From: Antedon mediterranea | Taxonomy: Eukaryota; Animalia; Echinodermata | Length of the DNA: 64,000 nucleotides | Direction: 5' to 3' | Assembly: GCF_964355755.1 (NCBI RefSeq) | Contig: NC_092677.1 | Location: forward strand, 19,118,101-19,182,100 | Shown: piece after piece, positions 40,101-51,633 of the stretch | Position numbering within the stretch: the first letter of the stretch is position 1 | How the letters are laid out: each line of letters starts with the position of its first letter | Position numbers and translations under genes: made by a program | Notes under the pieces: generated by a model | The model's input: only the letters and a program-made list of their open reading frames with translations | The model's database searches: none | What the model was told of the DNA's origin: nothing

Positions 40101-43100
40101 TAGGCTTGTGGCAGCAGTCATGTCAAAATAGGTCTGAACAGCAATCCAAGTAAAATAAGATTATGTAATACAGTGTAATTACATAACCTCAATTTTATAA
40201 ATGTTTCCAATTAAGAACAATGAAAGGCCTGTGCCATAACTGAAGGGTTATAGCTATCAAAGTATATCAAATGTTCTACCTGGATGGATTCCAAGAAATA
40301 CAACTGCATTTTGACATTTTTGTATTGATTTCCTCCTAAAAATAAGTAAAATGGAAAGCAATTATATGATTTTTATACAATAGCTGCCATATAAATGCCA
40401 TAATAGAATAAGATTACACATAAATAACACAGAATAGGTTTTACTGTCTAGGCAAAAATGTTTTCCTCCAAATTGGGGTTTGGTATTTATTTAAGCAAAA
40501 TTAAAAAACGACAAAATTATCCAAGTTAAACTGTTTACATGCTTTGGCTATATTATCGTGAGATATACATATTATTTCAAATGACAAAGCTGGGTTTTAT
40601 ATTGTTTGTCCAAACATAAATTAAATTGCTACCGGGCGAAAACGTAGACCTTAATGAACCAACGGCAGAATCGTCTGTGATGCACTAAACAAACTCAATT
40701 TAATGTGTTGTAAATAAGTTTGCTATGTTTATAAGGCACATGCTAACTGTGCTGCCACATGATTCAATGTGTTATTCAAAGCGTAGTCTTTTTGACGTCC
40801 AGACAGCAGTGGTAAAATACATTAGTATTGGTTTCCCAATCTATATTAATAGCAATCTTCCAATTAAAAATTTAATAGATAGACATACCTGTACAGAAGA
40901 CCAGACAGTCAAATTCATAACATCCGATGCTTCATAAAACCTAACAATTCCATCAGTAGAACAAGTTGCCTGCAAAGCATTATTATTTAAAACTTGCATA
41001 TTAACAAAAAAATGGTTATGGTTCATTATCATGTTTACTTTAAAATGATTTTGGTCGTGATGAGGACAAGGATAAATGTACAGATTAAGACAATAGGGAG
41101 CTTTCAAATCGGGACAGTAAATGAGGCATACAAAAGCTCACAATTGATGACAGATGATGATTATGACAATGATGACATGATGATTATGACAATGATGACT
41201 ATGACAATGATGACAGATGACTATGACAATGATGACAGATGATGATTATGACAATGATGAAAGATAATGATTATGACAATGATGACAGATAATGATGATG
41301 AGAATGACAGATGATTATGACAATGACAGATGATGACTATGATGACAATGATGACAGATAATGATTATGACAATGATGACAGATAATGATTATGACAATG
41401 ATGACAGATGATTATGACAATGACAGACAATGATTATGACAATGACAGATGATGACAATGATGACAGATAATGATAATGAAAATGATGACAGATAATGAT
41501 TATGAAAATGTTGACAGATGATGACTATGACAATGATGACAGATGATTATGACAATGATGACAGATGATGATTATGACAATGATGACAGATGATGATTAT
41601 GACAATGATGACAGATAATGATTATGACAATGATGACAGATAATTATGACAATGATGACAGATGATTATGACAATGATGACAGATGATGATTATGACAAT
41701 GATGACAGATAATGATTATGACAATGACATAAATAATGATTTAGACAATTATGACAGAATATAACTAGGGCAATGATTATGATGATAAATATAGCCCAGT
41801 TCCCCATGTCAAAAAAAGTGCATTTGTGTGCAAATCATGGGGAAAGTGTAAACATTGTGTTTTATGAATATTTAAAGCATGCTGGCTATAACAACCCATG
41901 ATTGTCAAATTTCTAAAATGACCTGACCTTAATGTGAATAGTTTGACCCATTGAAAACAAAATGGTCCTATCTTTGTAACGCTTAGATTAAATGAAATAA
42001 TTTGACTGTCAAATTTTTGGGGAGATGCATATTATTATTCATTCTAATGGAAAAGTTTGTCCAAACATTTTGTTATTATACAACTATGACGTTATCCAAA
42101 TTCCTTCACTTGCACTGATGAAGGGCTAGTGTTGCCCGAAAGCTCTGCTAACTTTTCTGGCTGTTTTACTTCTCGTTTTGATTTAGCTTTTCGCTTTTAT
42201 TTTGTATCTCCATTGAGATCCAGCCACTGATACCCACAGCATTGTCATTTTTTCAGTAATTTGCCTTTGGATTGTTATTATACAACTAATATATATTTTT
42301 TAAACAATTTCAAATAAAAAAAAAAATATAGGAATGTGTTACTACCAGTACAGGTCAAAGGTCAATAAAAAGATTTTGGGTTATTCTCTTGGAAAAGTTC
42401 TGGTATGTAGGTCAAAGGAAAAAAATGCCAAAAATCATACTTCCGGCCATTTTTGGAAAAACTTTTCCATTAGAACATATATTAATATGCAGAATTCGAT
42501 CCAACTCCGTCCTAAACCGTCTCAGCCAAACTCAAGTTGGCCCCTAGTCAAGTCGGCCCTAAGTCAAGTCGGCGCCATGTCAACTCGGCTACACGTCAAC
42601 TCAGCCTCAAGTCAACTCTGCCTCAAGTCAACTCAGCCAAAAACTAATCTGTCAACTCGGCCCCAATAAAGTATGAGACGCAAAAAGCGAAGCGAATTGA
42701 TAAAATAATTTTAAATATATTATTTTTTATAAACATTTTTATCTTACTGTAATCTAAAAATATCTATATCTAAGAATATAATTACATTCATTCTGGGAAA
42801 ATCCTTGTATCAAAATATATAGGCCTAGCCTAGCCTAGCCGAGATGACATGAGGCCGAGTTGACTTGAGGCCGACTTGACTTGGGGCCGACTTGACTTTG
42901 GCCGAGACGGTTTAGGGCCGAGTTGACCTATATATGCATCTCCCAAATAATTTAACACAAAAATTATTTCGGACATGGGTTTTTATAACCAGCAAGCTTC
43001 AAATATTCATAAAACACAATGTTTACACTTTCCTTATGATCTGCACACGAAAATACATAGGGAACTGGACTAGTAGGACAATTATGATTATGATAATGAA

Positions 43101-45274
43101 TAGGAAAACGATGAGGGCAATAATAATGATAGTCAGGATGAGGTCAATGATGATGGTCAGGATGAGGTCAATGATGATGGTCATGATGAGGGCAATGATG
43201 ATGGTCAGGATGAGGTCAATGATGATGGTCATGATGAGGGCAATGATGATGGTCATGATGATGGTCATGATGAGGGCAATGATGATGGTCATGATGAGGG
43301 CAATAATGATGGTCAGGATGAGGTCAATGATGATGGTTAGGATGAGGTCAATGATGATGGTCATGATGAGGGCAATGATGATGGTCATGATGAGGGCAAT
43401 GATGATGGTCATGATGAGGGCAATGATGATGGTCATGATGAGGGCAATGATGATGGTCAGGATGAGGTCAATGATGATGGTCAGGATGAGGTCAATGATG
43501 ATGGTCAGGATGAGGTCAATGATGATGGTCATGATGAGGGCAATGATGATGGTCATGATGAGGGCAATGATGATGGTCAGGATGAGGTCAATGATGATGG
43601 TCATGATGAGGGCAATGATGATGGTAATGATGAGGGCAATGATGATGGTAATGATGAGGGCAATGATGATGGTAATGATGAGGGCAATGATGATGGTCAT
43701 GAAGATTCTTCCTATATGATCCCCTTACCACTTGCAATCCTAAATGTTTGGGAGCAAATTTCACATCTGTTATTGACGTTCTGCTGTCAACAAATGTAGT
43801 TCTTTTCACCCAATGACCTTGGCTTTTCTGTTTTGAGGTAGAGTCACCAACTATAATATAACAATAAATAAATTATCAGTTAAGTTCACATTCATAAAAG
43901 ATTAGTTAAAATCTCAATGATTCAAATTTGTTTAAGAAAGCCTAAAGATTCAAGAAAAGGAGATGTATCATAATTCTCTTGTGCTAGTCATAATAAATAA
44001 GGATGAATTATGTGTTTCTAATAGTATTAAACTAGCTCTTACCAATTTCTTCCCAGATGGCAGTTGTCCTGTCAAATGAACAGGATGCTAACACCTGACC
44101 AAATTCAGGATGACACCAAGTCACACGCCACACAGAGCCACCATGTGACTGTATAGAAAAAAATATATACATATATGTATAGATTGTTAGAAAATGAAAA
44201 AGAGACTGAGGCTGGTTTCTTTTAACCCACCTGTTTGGTGCTATTTGGATTCAGCACTTCCTTTTTGTTAAAAACCAAGAATTGTTATTAGAAATTTAGA
44301 GAACAAGCTGGTCATTTAATAGTATCTTTTCAAAACAAACTAATCATCCAACAATCAAACAAACTTTTTCTCTTCAATTTGATTTAACTTGGAAGGAAAA
44401 ATTCCAATATTCTTTCATTTCTTTAAACTTAGAATAAATGGCTTTTAAACTTACTCTCCAATTTGCTGTACACTGCCATTCACCATCTTCTCCCAGATCC
44501 CAAACCTATCAAGTAACAAGAAATATTTCTTACAAAAAACGGCCCCAACTTTTTGTTTTAATCGTTGCTCTTTTTGTTTTAATTGTTGCTCTTTCTTTTT
44601 TAAATTGATATTCTATTTAATAATAGAAACAATGATTAATTTTTAAGTCAGTAAGCCTAGGTAAACATTTAGTGCAATGTAAAATAAAGTCTGAAATGAG
44701 GGCCTATATATCAGGTATTAAATAGGCTACATCATTATCATGTTTTGCTCACACTTGGGTGATTTTTTTAAATAACCTATAATAAATTTTGTATGGCACA
44801 TCCTAGCTATGCTTTATCAATATAAATAATAATAAATAAATATTCAATATCCTCGAAAGTATAATCTCAATATAATTTGGGCTCGATCCAATCGTCTTAT
44901 CGAAACTTATTCATTGCGCCCGATCATAACTGGGCCAGATTGTCTCTGTCAGTCCAATCGTCTTAGAACCCTTGTTTTATTATGTTGGACCCGATCATCT
45001 CATATTATATTCCTATTACGGTAATCGGCTTAGAACCTTGTTGGGCCCGATCGTCCGTGATCCAGGTCGATGGTCTTTTCCACACGCCAGACATACCTCC
45101 CCTCTACTCTACTCTACTAGTATTATTAGTAGGCCTACCCTCCGACCATACCTTAAGACTTTGGTCACTAGAACATGTAGCCATTCGTTTTCCATAAAAA
45201 TCAAAAGCTACATCATGAATTAAGTCTTTGTGTTCTGCAGAGATACTTTTTATTGGACACAAAGGAGCCTCCAT
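37193..45274 (-). CDS. SEH1L: Nucleoporin SEH1 (WD40; Y-complex/GATOR2), 334 aa
   Basis: Exons 45274-45152, 44505-44455, 44148-44043, 43850-43729, 40969-40889, 40335-40280, 39492-39400, 38384-38244, 37822-37741, 37560-37482, 37263-37193 (1005 nt). [105 protein letters not shown]. Confidence 0.97.
38641..38750 (+). mobile_element. Rex1/Babar-like LINE RT fragment
   Basis: [16 protein letters not shown] matches the LNVSKTKEM(I/V)VDFR motif. Confidence 0.7.
39825..39990 (+). mobile_element. CR1/L2-like LINE 3' UTR end
   Basis: gggtccct..agggatcc stem, then aataaa and a (tctgaa)n tail. Confidence 0.45.
41145..41760. repeat. GAT-derived compound minisatellite (~21-24 bp unit)
   Basis: Repeating tgatgacagat(g/a)atgattatgacaa in SEH1 intron 4. 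Confidence 0.95.
42087..42271 (+). mobile_element. Short Penelope-like/retrozyme-type insertion with a 17-bp target duplication
   Basis: ttgttattatacaacta at 42070-42086 and 42272-42288 flanks a 185-bp insert that contains a hammerhead core. Confidence 0.7.
42112..42148 (+). ncRNA. Minimal type I hammerhead ribozyme
   Basis: Stem I GCA(42112-14)/UGC(42146-48); CUGAUGA 42115-21; extra A; stem II GGGC/GCCC; GAAA 42138-41; palindromic AGCU stem III; cleavage triplet CUC (after 42145). Confidence 0.75.
42497..42930. mobile_element. MITE with inverted subterminal tandem repeats (agtcaagtcggcc)
   Basis: cctaaaccgtctc.gccaaa.tcaagt.ggcccc.agtcaagtcggcc at the left is inverted as ggccgacttgacttggggccgacttgactttggccgagacggtttaggg at the right. 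Confidence 0.8.
43110..43702. repeat. 21-bp minisatellite with two interleaved unit variants
   Basis: atgatgatggtcatgatgagggca / atgatgatggtcaggatgaggtca units, starting about 27 bp from the SEH1 exon-4 donor. Confidence 0.95.
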
Positions 45275-45686
45275 TATGATTTAAAATAAAAGAGAAATCA
45301 AAATCACTTTTCAACCCGCCAGACAGCAGAGTAGCATCACACACACAGGACATTAGACTGGACTATTATTTAATAGGGATAACAAACACAGCATATCATA
45401 GTGTAGGCTTTAAATATTATTATTATCATTATATTATAAAAACGTAGAAAAATATTGTTACTTTTTAATCTCGCTTTATTAAATAATGTATTATATTGAT
45501 ACAAAATGTTGAAATCTAAATCGTGGGACCTAATTTCCCCTGCCCTACAATAGTATAGGCTTAGTGGAAAGTCCCCCCCCCCCCCCCGGCCCACTCAACT
45601 TAACTAACAGCAAGCAGCAGCATTTATAGAAACTGACTGGTCGTGTGGTGGTATCCTGTTGTTTTGCATGTTGTGTGATCCTTAAA
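45275..45686. promoter_or_regulatory. Bidirectional promoter region, SEH1 / STMP1-like
   Basis: 412 bp between two divergent ATGs; contains a long C tract near 45573-45588. Confidence 0.7.
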
Positions 45687-48600
45687 ATGGGTTTATTTGG
45701 ATTTTTGGTAAGTAAAATCCAGCCTCCAATCAATATAGCCTAGGCCTAGGACTAGTATTACTACTAGTACCTCTAGGGCCTAGGCCTAGGCTAGGCTAAG
45801 TAGGCCTGGGCCTAGGGCCTAGCTAGACTCTACTAGTAGGCCTAGCTAGGCCTACCTAGTAGTAGTAGGCCTAGGCCTACTGTACTAGTCAAGTCGCCCC
45901 ATCGCAAAGTCGCCCCATACAAAGTCGCCCCATCGCAAAGTCGCCCCCATCGCAAAGTCGCCCCGACACAGTCGCCCCATCGCAAAGTCGCGCCAACGCA
46001 AAGTCGCGCCAACGCAAAGTCGCCCCATCGCAAAGTCGCCCCAACCGCAAAGTCGCCCCAATCGCAAAGTCGCCCCAAACGTTAAAATAGTTTACAAGTG
46101 CGTAAAATGTCGCAATGATACACAAAATAACACGGAACGTGTAGGTGTTATGCGCGATTTGAACGATTGGCGCAATTTAAAATTGCGCAAAGAATTCCTT
46201 GCGCAATTTGAATTGAAACATCCGTTTCAAATTGCGCAAGCAACGTATTAAATTGCGCAAGTAATCTGCAAATTGCGCAAGGTTTTTCGACAGATTGTGA
46301 AATCATGCACACCCATATTTTTATAGTAATTTCTAAGAACTAGATGGCACGCTCGCTTCGCTCGCGTACCATCTAGGTCGTGCCCACAGATGGTTCTCGA
46401 ATACACAGTATTTCCAGCGAGAAAAAAATGGAGATTTCAAATGTACTTCAAATGCAGGACTATAATACATTGTCGTTTACAGAAACGAATAAATATACAC
46501 AATGATTTATGTAGTCAACCAAAATTAGCACCCTGGGAATTACTTCCGAGAGAGAAACAAAATGAGTCAAATTTTTTTATTTGGACTCATTTAAACAAAC
46601 CCAATTTGTGTTTTGTATGTAACATTAAGGGTTGAGGGATGGGGGAAGAAGATAGGTACAAAGAGGAAACATTTTAAAATATATTCTTATCCACTCAGTA
46701 ACGAAATATTGTTTTTAATGTTTTATAAATAATATACCACTAAATACAGTAAAACATTTACGATTTAATACGGTACTTTGTTAAAACTCTCACTGTCATA
46801 GTCGATTGAAATAGTAAAGTACATGTAACGATACACCACTACGACGTTTATATATTTTTAAATTATTAATTAATACAAACGTTGAGAAGCAACTGTCAGT
46901 AATAACGTTTATTTATTTGTATATTATATGTTTATAATCTAACAGTAGGGCCTACCCACACTCACAGTAATAAAGTTTATTTGTATATATTTTTATATTA
47001 CATCTAACAGTACCAACACTCACAGTAAGAAATTTGCGATTCAAATTGCGATCAAAAGTGGTTAATACCTTAACAGTATTGTACAGCATTGCAATACTAT
47101 TTATGTTTATTCTCCAAGGGGGCCCATAAATCTAAATCTATACCTCTATGGTTAAACCAAATAATTTGGAATGTTTATTTGTATATTATATGTTTATAAT
47201 CTAACAGTAGGGCCTACCCACACTCACAGTAATAAAGTTTATTTGTATATATTTTTATATTACATCTAACAGTACCAACACCCACAGTAAGAAATTTGCG
47301 ATTCAAATTGCGATCAAAAGTGGTTTTAACCATTAAAATACCTTAACAGTATTGTACGTCAAATACTATTTATGTTTATTCTCCAAGGGGGCCCATAAAT
47401 CTAAATCTATACCTGTATGGTTAAACCAAATAATTTGGAATGTTCCATTCATCACAAATCAATACATTTGTAAAAACGTATATTAAATGTATCAAAATAG
47501 TATTTTTTAAAGAAAATCGGCCTGTCTTCAACATTATGATGCTGTACTCGAACTGTTCAACCGGTTTTCAGCTATTAAAAACAATTATCGTAGGAGGAGA
47601 TAGGAAAATGCGAAGCCTCCTCGCATTTTTGTGGCGGGTATTTTTCAAGATGGACATCCATTAGACAGTGTATACCACGATCGGAAAACACCCCTATTTG
47701 GGGCAAATCGTTGAACCTAAATTCGTTTTAATCGTCAATAACTAATTATCTAACTTAATTTAATTAGTAAACAGGGTTACATCAGGTGGTTAAAATCAGT
47801 ACCGAAAGTACGAACCAACTTTATATACCATCGAGTAAAAATTCTAGAAGTAAGGCGCGATTTACCGAATTTTGCCCTTACGTAAATTTATATATAGATG
47901 ATTCAAAATTAAAGATAATATCGCATTTCCTTATTTTAGTAGTGAAAATATTGTTAGCATACCAACAAAGACCCGAAAAAGGAAAACGAAGCGGTGGTGT
48001 TCCCGGCGGGCGGCTAATACTACTCTAGCCTACTGGCTATGTTTTGATAGCAAGTCTAAACGTTGGTGGCGGTAGACTATGTTGTGTATTACTACCTTAA
48101 TTTTTGTTATTTTTACATTTATTTTGATTTATTTCAAGTTACAATGAGTGATAATATTATTTAATTGTGTATGCCACTTATGTTGTGTATATTATACACA
48201 TGTTATCTTTGCATTTATTATGTTTCATTTTGAGTTATTAGTTTCCAATAAATTATTATTGTTAACCGATCGTTGACGTTGGCACGCATTCTGGTAGAAT
48301 TCTGTTGCGCAATTTGACAATTTTACAAATTGTGCAGCGCAATTTGAAATTGCGCAAGGATTTTCTTGGGCAATTTGAGATTGCGCAAGTTGATTGTGCA
48401 ATATTAAATTGAAATCCTATATATTAATAATAAATTTTTTTGTTATTTTACAGATCTGAATGACGATTTGTAAACATAGTTTAAGATTATAGTATTATTC
48501 GGCATAATGTCATTTAACAGTACATACTTATTTAAATGTGAAATATTTTATAGGGAACTGTGTCTTTTATTTTATATGCCACATATCACCACTATACAGT

Positions 48601-51600
48601 ATACCCCTGTATGTCGTAAATGATGACGTGCATGTGTGTATTTGTCGTACGTCCGTGTACGTATTATTCCGTGCCTCTTCACTGTCTTGTTTAATTTAAA
48701 ATTAAATAAACACCCGATATGAGGATATTTATTAGGTATGATAATTAGAATGTTCTATAACCAAAAGGATTGAAAAGAATTTCTTTAGTAAAATGATCAT
48801 TGTGCTGTTGAATAAAAGGCGACTCGCAATCTGAAACCAATCGGAGCTGCGCCTTCTGATATCTGTTTCCTCACAGCTGCTACGTCTTTCTCCTGACTGT
48901 CGGGGATTTCCTTTTTTAAAAAACATGAACACGATACTGTTCGATGGATTTTCCATGGTCAAAATGTAGCGTTTTAATTTTACTAAAATACCTGCAAAAC
49001 TATCATATCGGCGATATACTGTAATCCTTTTTTTTTTGAGTATTTTTTATTTCTTCATTTTGAAGAAGGCCTACTACACATTTATACATTTATTATTATA
49101 TTATCCTAAAAAATGAGCTGGTATCCACTCTGGTAACTAATTTAAAAATCATATTAAATTAACATTTTCGAAACTATAAATTAGGGATAATCTTTTTAGA
49201 ACTTTCAAGGAACTATTTTTTTTAATGATTTTCAAAAAGCACATTACTCCATTCAAACCTGTAAAATAAAAATTTTCAAAAAAATGTTGTATATTATAGG
49301 ATAAACATTATGTATACGACATTTAGCCCGACCAAAGTAACAACGCGATCGATATCAAACGCAACCGATGTTTTAAACAGCGTACTACTAGCGATGGTGT
49401 TTTATACTTTGCAATGGGGCGACTTTGTGATTGGACGACTTTGCGATGGGGTGACTGTGCCGGGCCGACTTTGTTTTTGTTTTGGGGCGACTTTGTATTG
49501 GCCGACTTTGCGATGGGGCGACTTGACTGGATCCCGTAGTAGTAATAATAGTAGTAGTACTAGTAGTACTAGTAGTAGCTACAGTAGTAGTACTAGTATA
49601 CTAGTAGGGCTTCTAGTAGTAGTAGTGGTGAACAGACGATTGGGGCCATCATAGGGACGATCGGGCCCATTTTTTATGTGGACCCCAATGTCAGTTTTGT
49701 TTGTTATGACGTATATATTGAAATAGACGGAATAAATAATTAAATGAAATGAAAGTCAAGGCCTAGTAGTAGGATTGACAGATGATCGGGGCCATAGACA
49801 ATCGGTGACTACTTCGCATGCAGCTAAAGTAAAATTACGTCACCTTAAAGAGTGTCGTCACATGGTCTCATGGATATGCAAAAGGAATGTTTTGTTTCTG
49901 CTTGCGCGCTCATGATTTTTTTTTACAAAATGTTTCAGAGGGATGATGATGATGCGATCGGTGGTACAGAAAATAGAATAATTCCGATAATTTTCCTGAT
50001 AACAAAGAAGCAGATTAAATTATGCACTCGTCAATTGTATGACCCACTATACGACCCCCGGGAAAGGTGCGTCATTTGTCCGATGTGCGTCATACCTTAT
50101 GCATACCATGACGCACTGTGACCATGTTGTTTATGATACAGTGGTGGTAAAGTGACGGACATTGACACACCAATGTTCATTGATGTGACGTACCTTATTT
50201 GTAAATGACGCACCCATGACGCACCTCTCCCGGGGGTCGTATAGTGGGTCATACAATTGACAAGTGCATTAGTTGGAGAGCCAGAAAGGGTTCACCTGCA
50301 CCCTCTAGCAAACTATAACAATGTTTTTTTGCTTCCTTATATCAATAACAAATCAATTTTTTGCTGTTGGCCGAAAAAAAATTGGGATGCTTGGTCAGTA
50401 CAATAGGGGTCAAAAGATCAATATGGTCAAAGTTAGGACTGTGGGTAACTACTGCTGGGTGTATTGGAATATTTTTTGTGCCAAACTACTCAGAAGACCC
50501 ATATTTCTATTCACTCTAATGGGAAACTTTTGCCAAACGTGGACAGAAACCCCTTTTCTGACCACTGGTCAAGAAATTGGCCATATGAATATCTCATCAA
50601 CCACTGGTCAGAAAGTGATAATTGAAATCTCAAATTACTCGCAAAGTATGTTTATATTTATTTTGATGTAATAAAAATCATAAAACTGTTGCTAATTTTG
50701 ACCTTTGACATTATGCTGGCACAAATATTTTGGCTTGGATCACACTTTTCATATCTCAGAAATTGTTGGGCGTATATTATGGTAGTAGTACTCAGAAGAT
50801 ACATATTTCTATTCACTTTAATGGACAGCTTCGGTGAGCATAACACCATAATTTGAAAGAAGAATAGGACCAATTGCTTCCTTTATGCTATTTTAGAGGC
50901 CACGCAGGTTACCGGTATCTGAGCACATCTGGATTCGTTTACCGAGATTAGTCCAGTAGCGATGTAAAGCATTTCTTGTAAGACGCTGAACCATGCTCTT
51001 TGCTGACTTGTAATCAGCTTTTTGCCCACATCTTGCTCTGCGTTTCACATGAATAGCTGGTACTAGTAGTAATGTTTCAGTATTTTCAATGAACCAGTCT
51101 GGCTGCCTACGTGATGATTCACTTATTCATCAATAACATAAGAAAACAAGATAATTAACCCCGACATTTCAATGCACTTTTTTACAGATTATTTTGTCAA
51201 CATATTAATAGTCTTACTTTTTTTAGGGTGGATTTATTTCTGGTACCATATGTGGAATCTATGTAACTCAGCATTATGATGTAAGTTGAAACACAAATAC
51301 ACAGTTTAATACAGTACTTTATTTAATGACATTTTATTAAGAAAATTTCAATAAGGTGAATACTGTCGAATGATATAACTTGATTATGTATCGCTACTAT
51401 CTTCACAAAAAGTTACTTTAGAGTCTATGGCTGTCAGCTGTACATTTTGTTTATAAACCTAAGATTTAAATAGTTACAAATTACAAACAAATAATGATAC
51501 AATAATTGTTATTTATTTTTAAAACTATGTTGAGGTTCCCGATGTAGCTACACTATTTGTTACTCTAAAAGAATCAGCAAAGAAATATGAAAAGAAAGAA

Positions 51601-51633
51601 ATATCTCCACCACCAAAAAAAGAAGAGAGCTGA
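45687..51633 (+). CDS. STMP1: Short transmembrane mitochondrial protein 1-like microprotein (57 aa)
   Basis: Exons 45687-45707 (MGLFGFL, GTAAGT donor), 51227-51280 (GGFISGTICGIYVTQHYD, T-tract AG and GTAAGT), 51535-51633 (VPDVATLFVTLKESAKKYEKKEISPPPKKEES*). Matches the STMP1/C7orf73 pattern GF..G...G.Y..Q.YD(I/V)P plus a Lys/Glu tail; all junctions phase 0. Confidence 0.85.
45735..45885. repeat. Low-complexity palindromic (taggcc/ctag) tract
   Basis: Dense overlapping aggcct and ctag palindromes. Confidence 0.85.
45885..49533. mobile_element. ~3.6-kb foldback-like non-autonomous DNA element with nested repeats
   Basis: Left agtcaagtcgcccc + (atcgcaaagtcgcccc)n at 45886-46078; inverted degenerate array at 49410-49527 ending cgatggggcgacttgactgg. 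No transposase ORF seen. Confidence 0.8.
46912..47443. repeat. Near-perfect tandem duplication, ~265-bp unit x2
   Basis: tttatttgtatattatatg...ggttaaaccaaataatttggaatg at ~46912-47173 and ~47174-47443. Confidence 0.9.
50023..50268. mobile_element. MITE with ~50-bp TIRs and TTA target duplication (PIF/Harbinger-like)
   Basis: tgcactcgtcaattgtatgacccactatacgacccccggga..ggtgcgtcat is inverted at 50216-50268; TTA on both sides. Confidence 0.9.
50905..51115 (-). mobile_element. RTE-clade LINE fragment (EN-RT tether region)
   Basis: RRQPDWFIEN...KRRA..YKSAKSMVQRLTRNALHRYWTNLGKRIQMCSDTGNLR matches the RTE pattern DWF.EN...VQR..R....W....IQ..D.GN.R. Confidence 0.75.

Noticed and set aside
42934-43719. 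261-aa Met-rich and 225-aa Ile-rich ORFs as genes
   Set aside because: Artifacts of a 21-bp minisatellite inside a SEH1 intron.
45842-46125. Three overlapping GATLRWGD/GRLC-repeat ORFs
   Set aside because: Translations of a 16-17-bp subterminal DNA repeat; the unit is not a multiple of 3.
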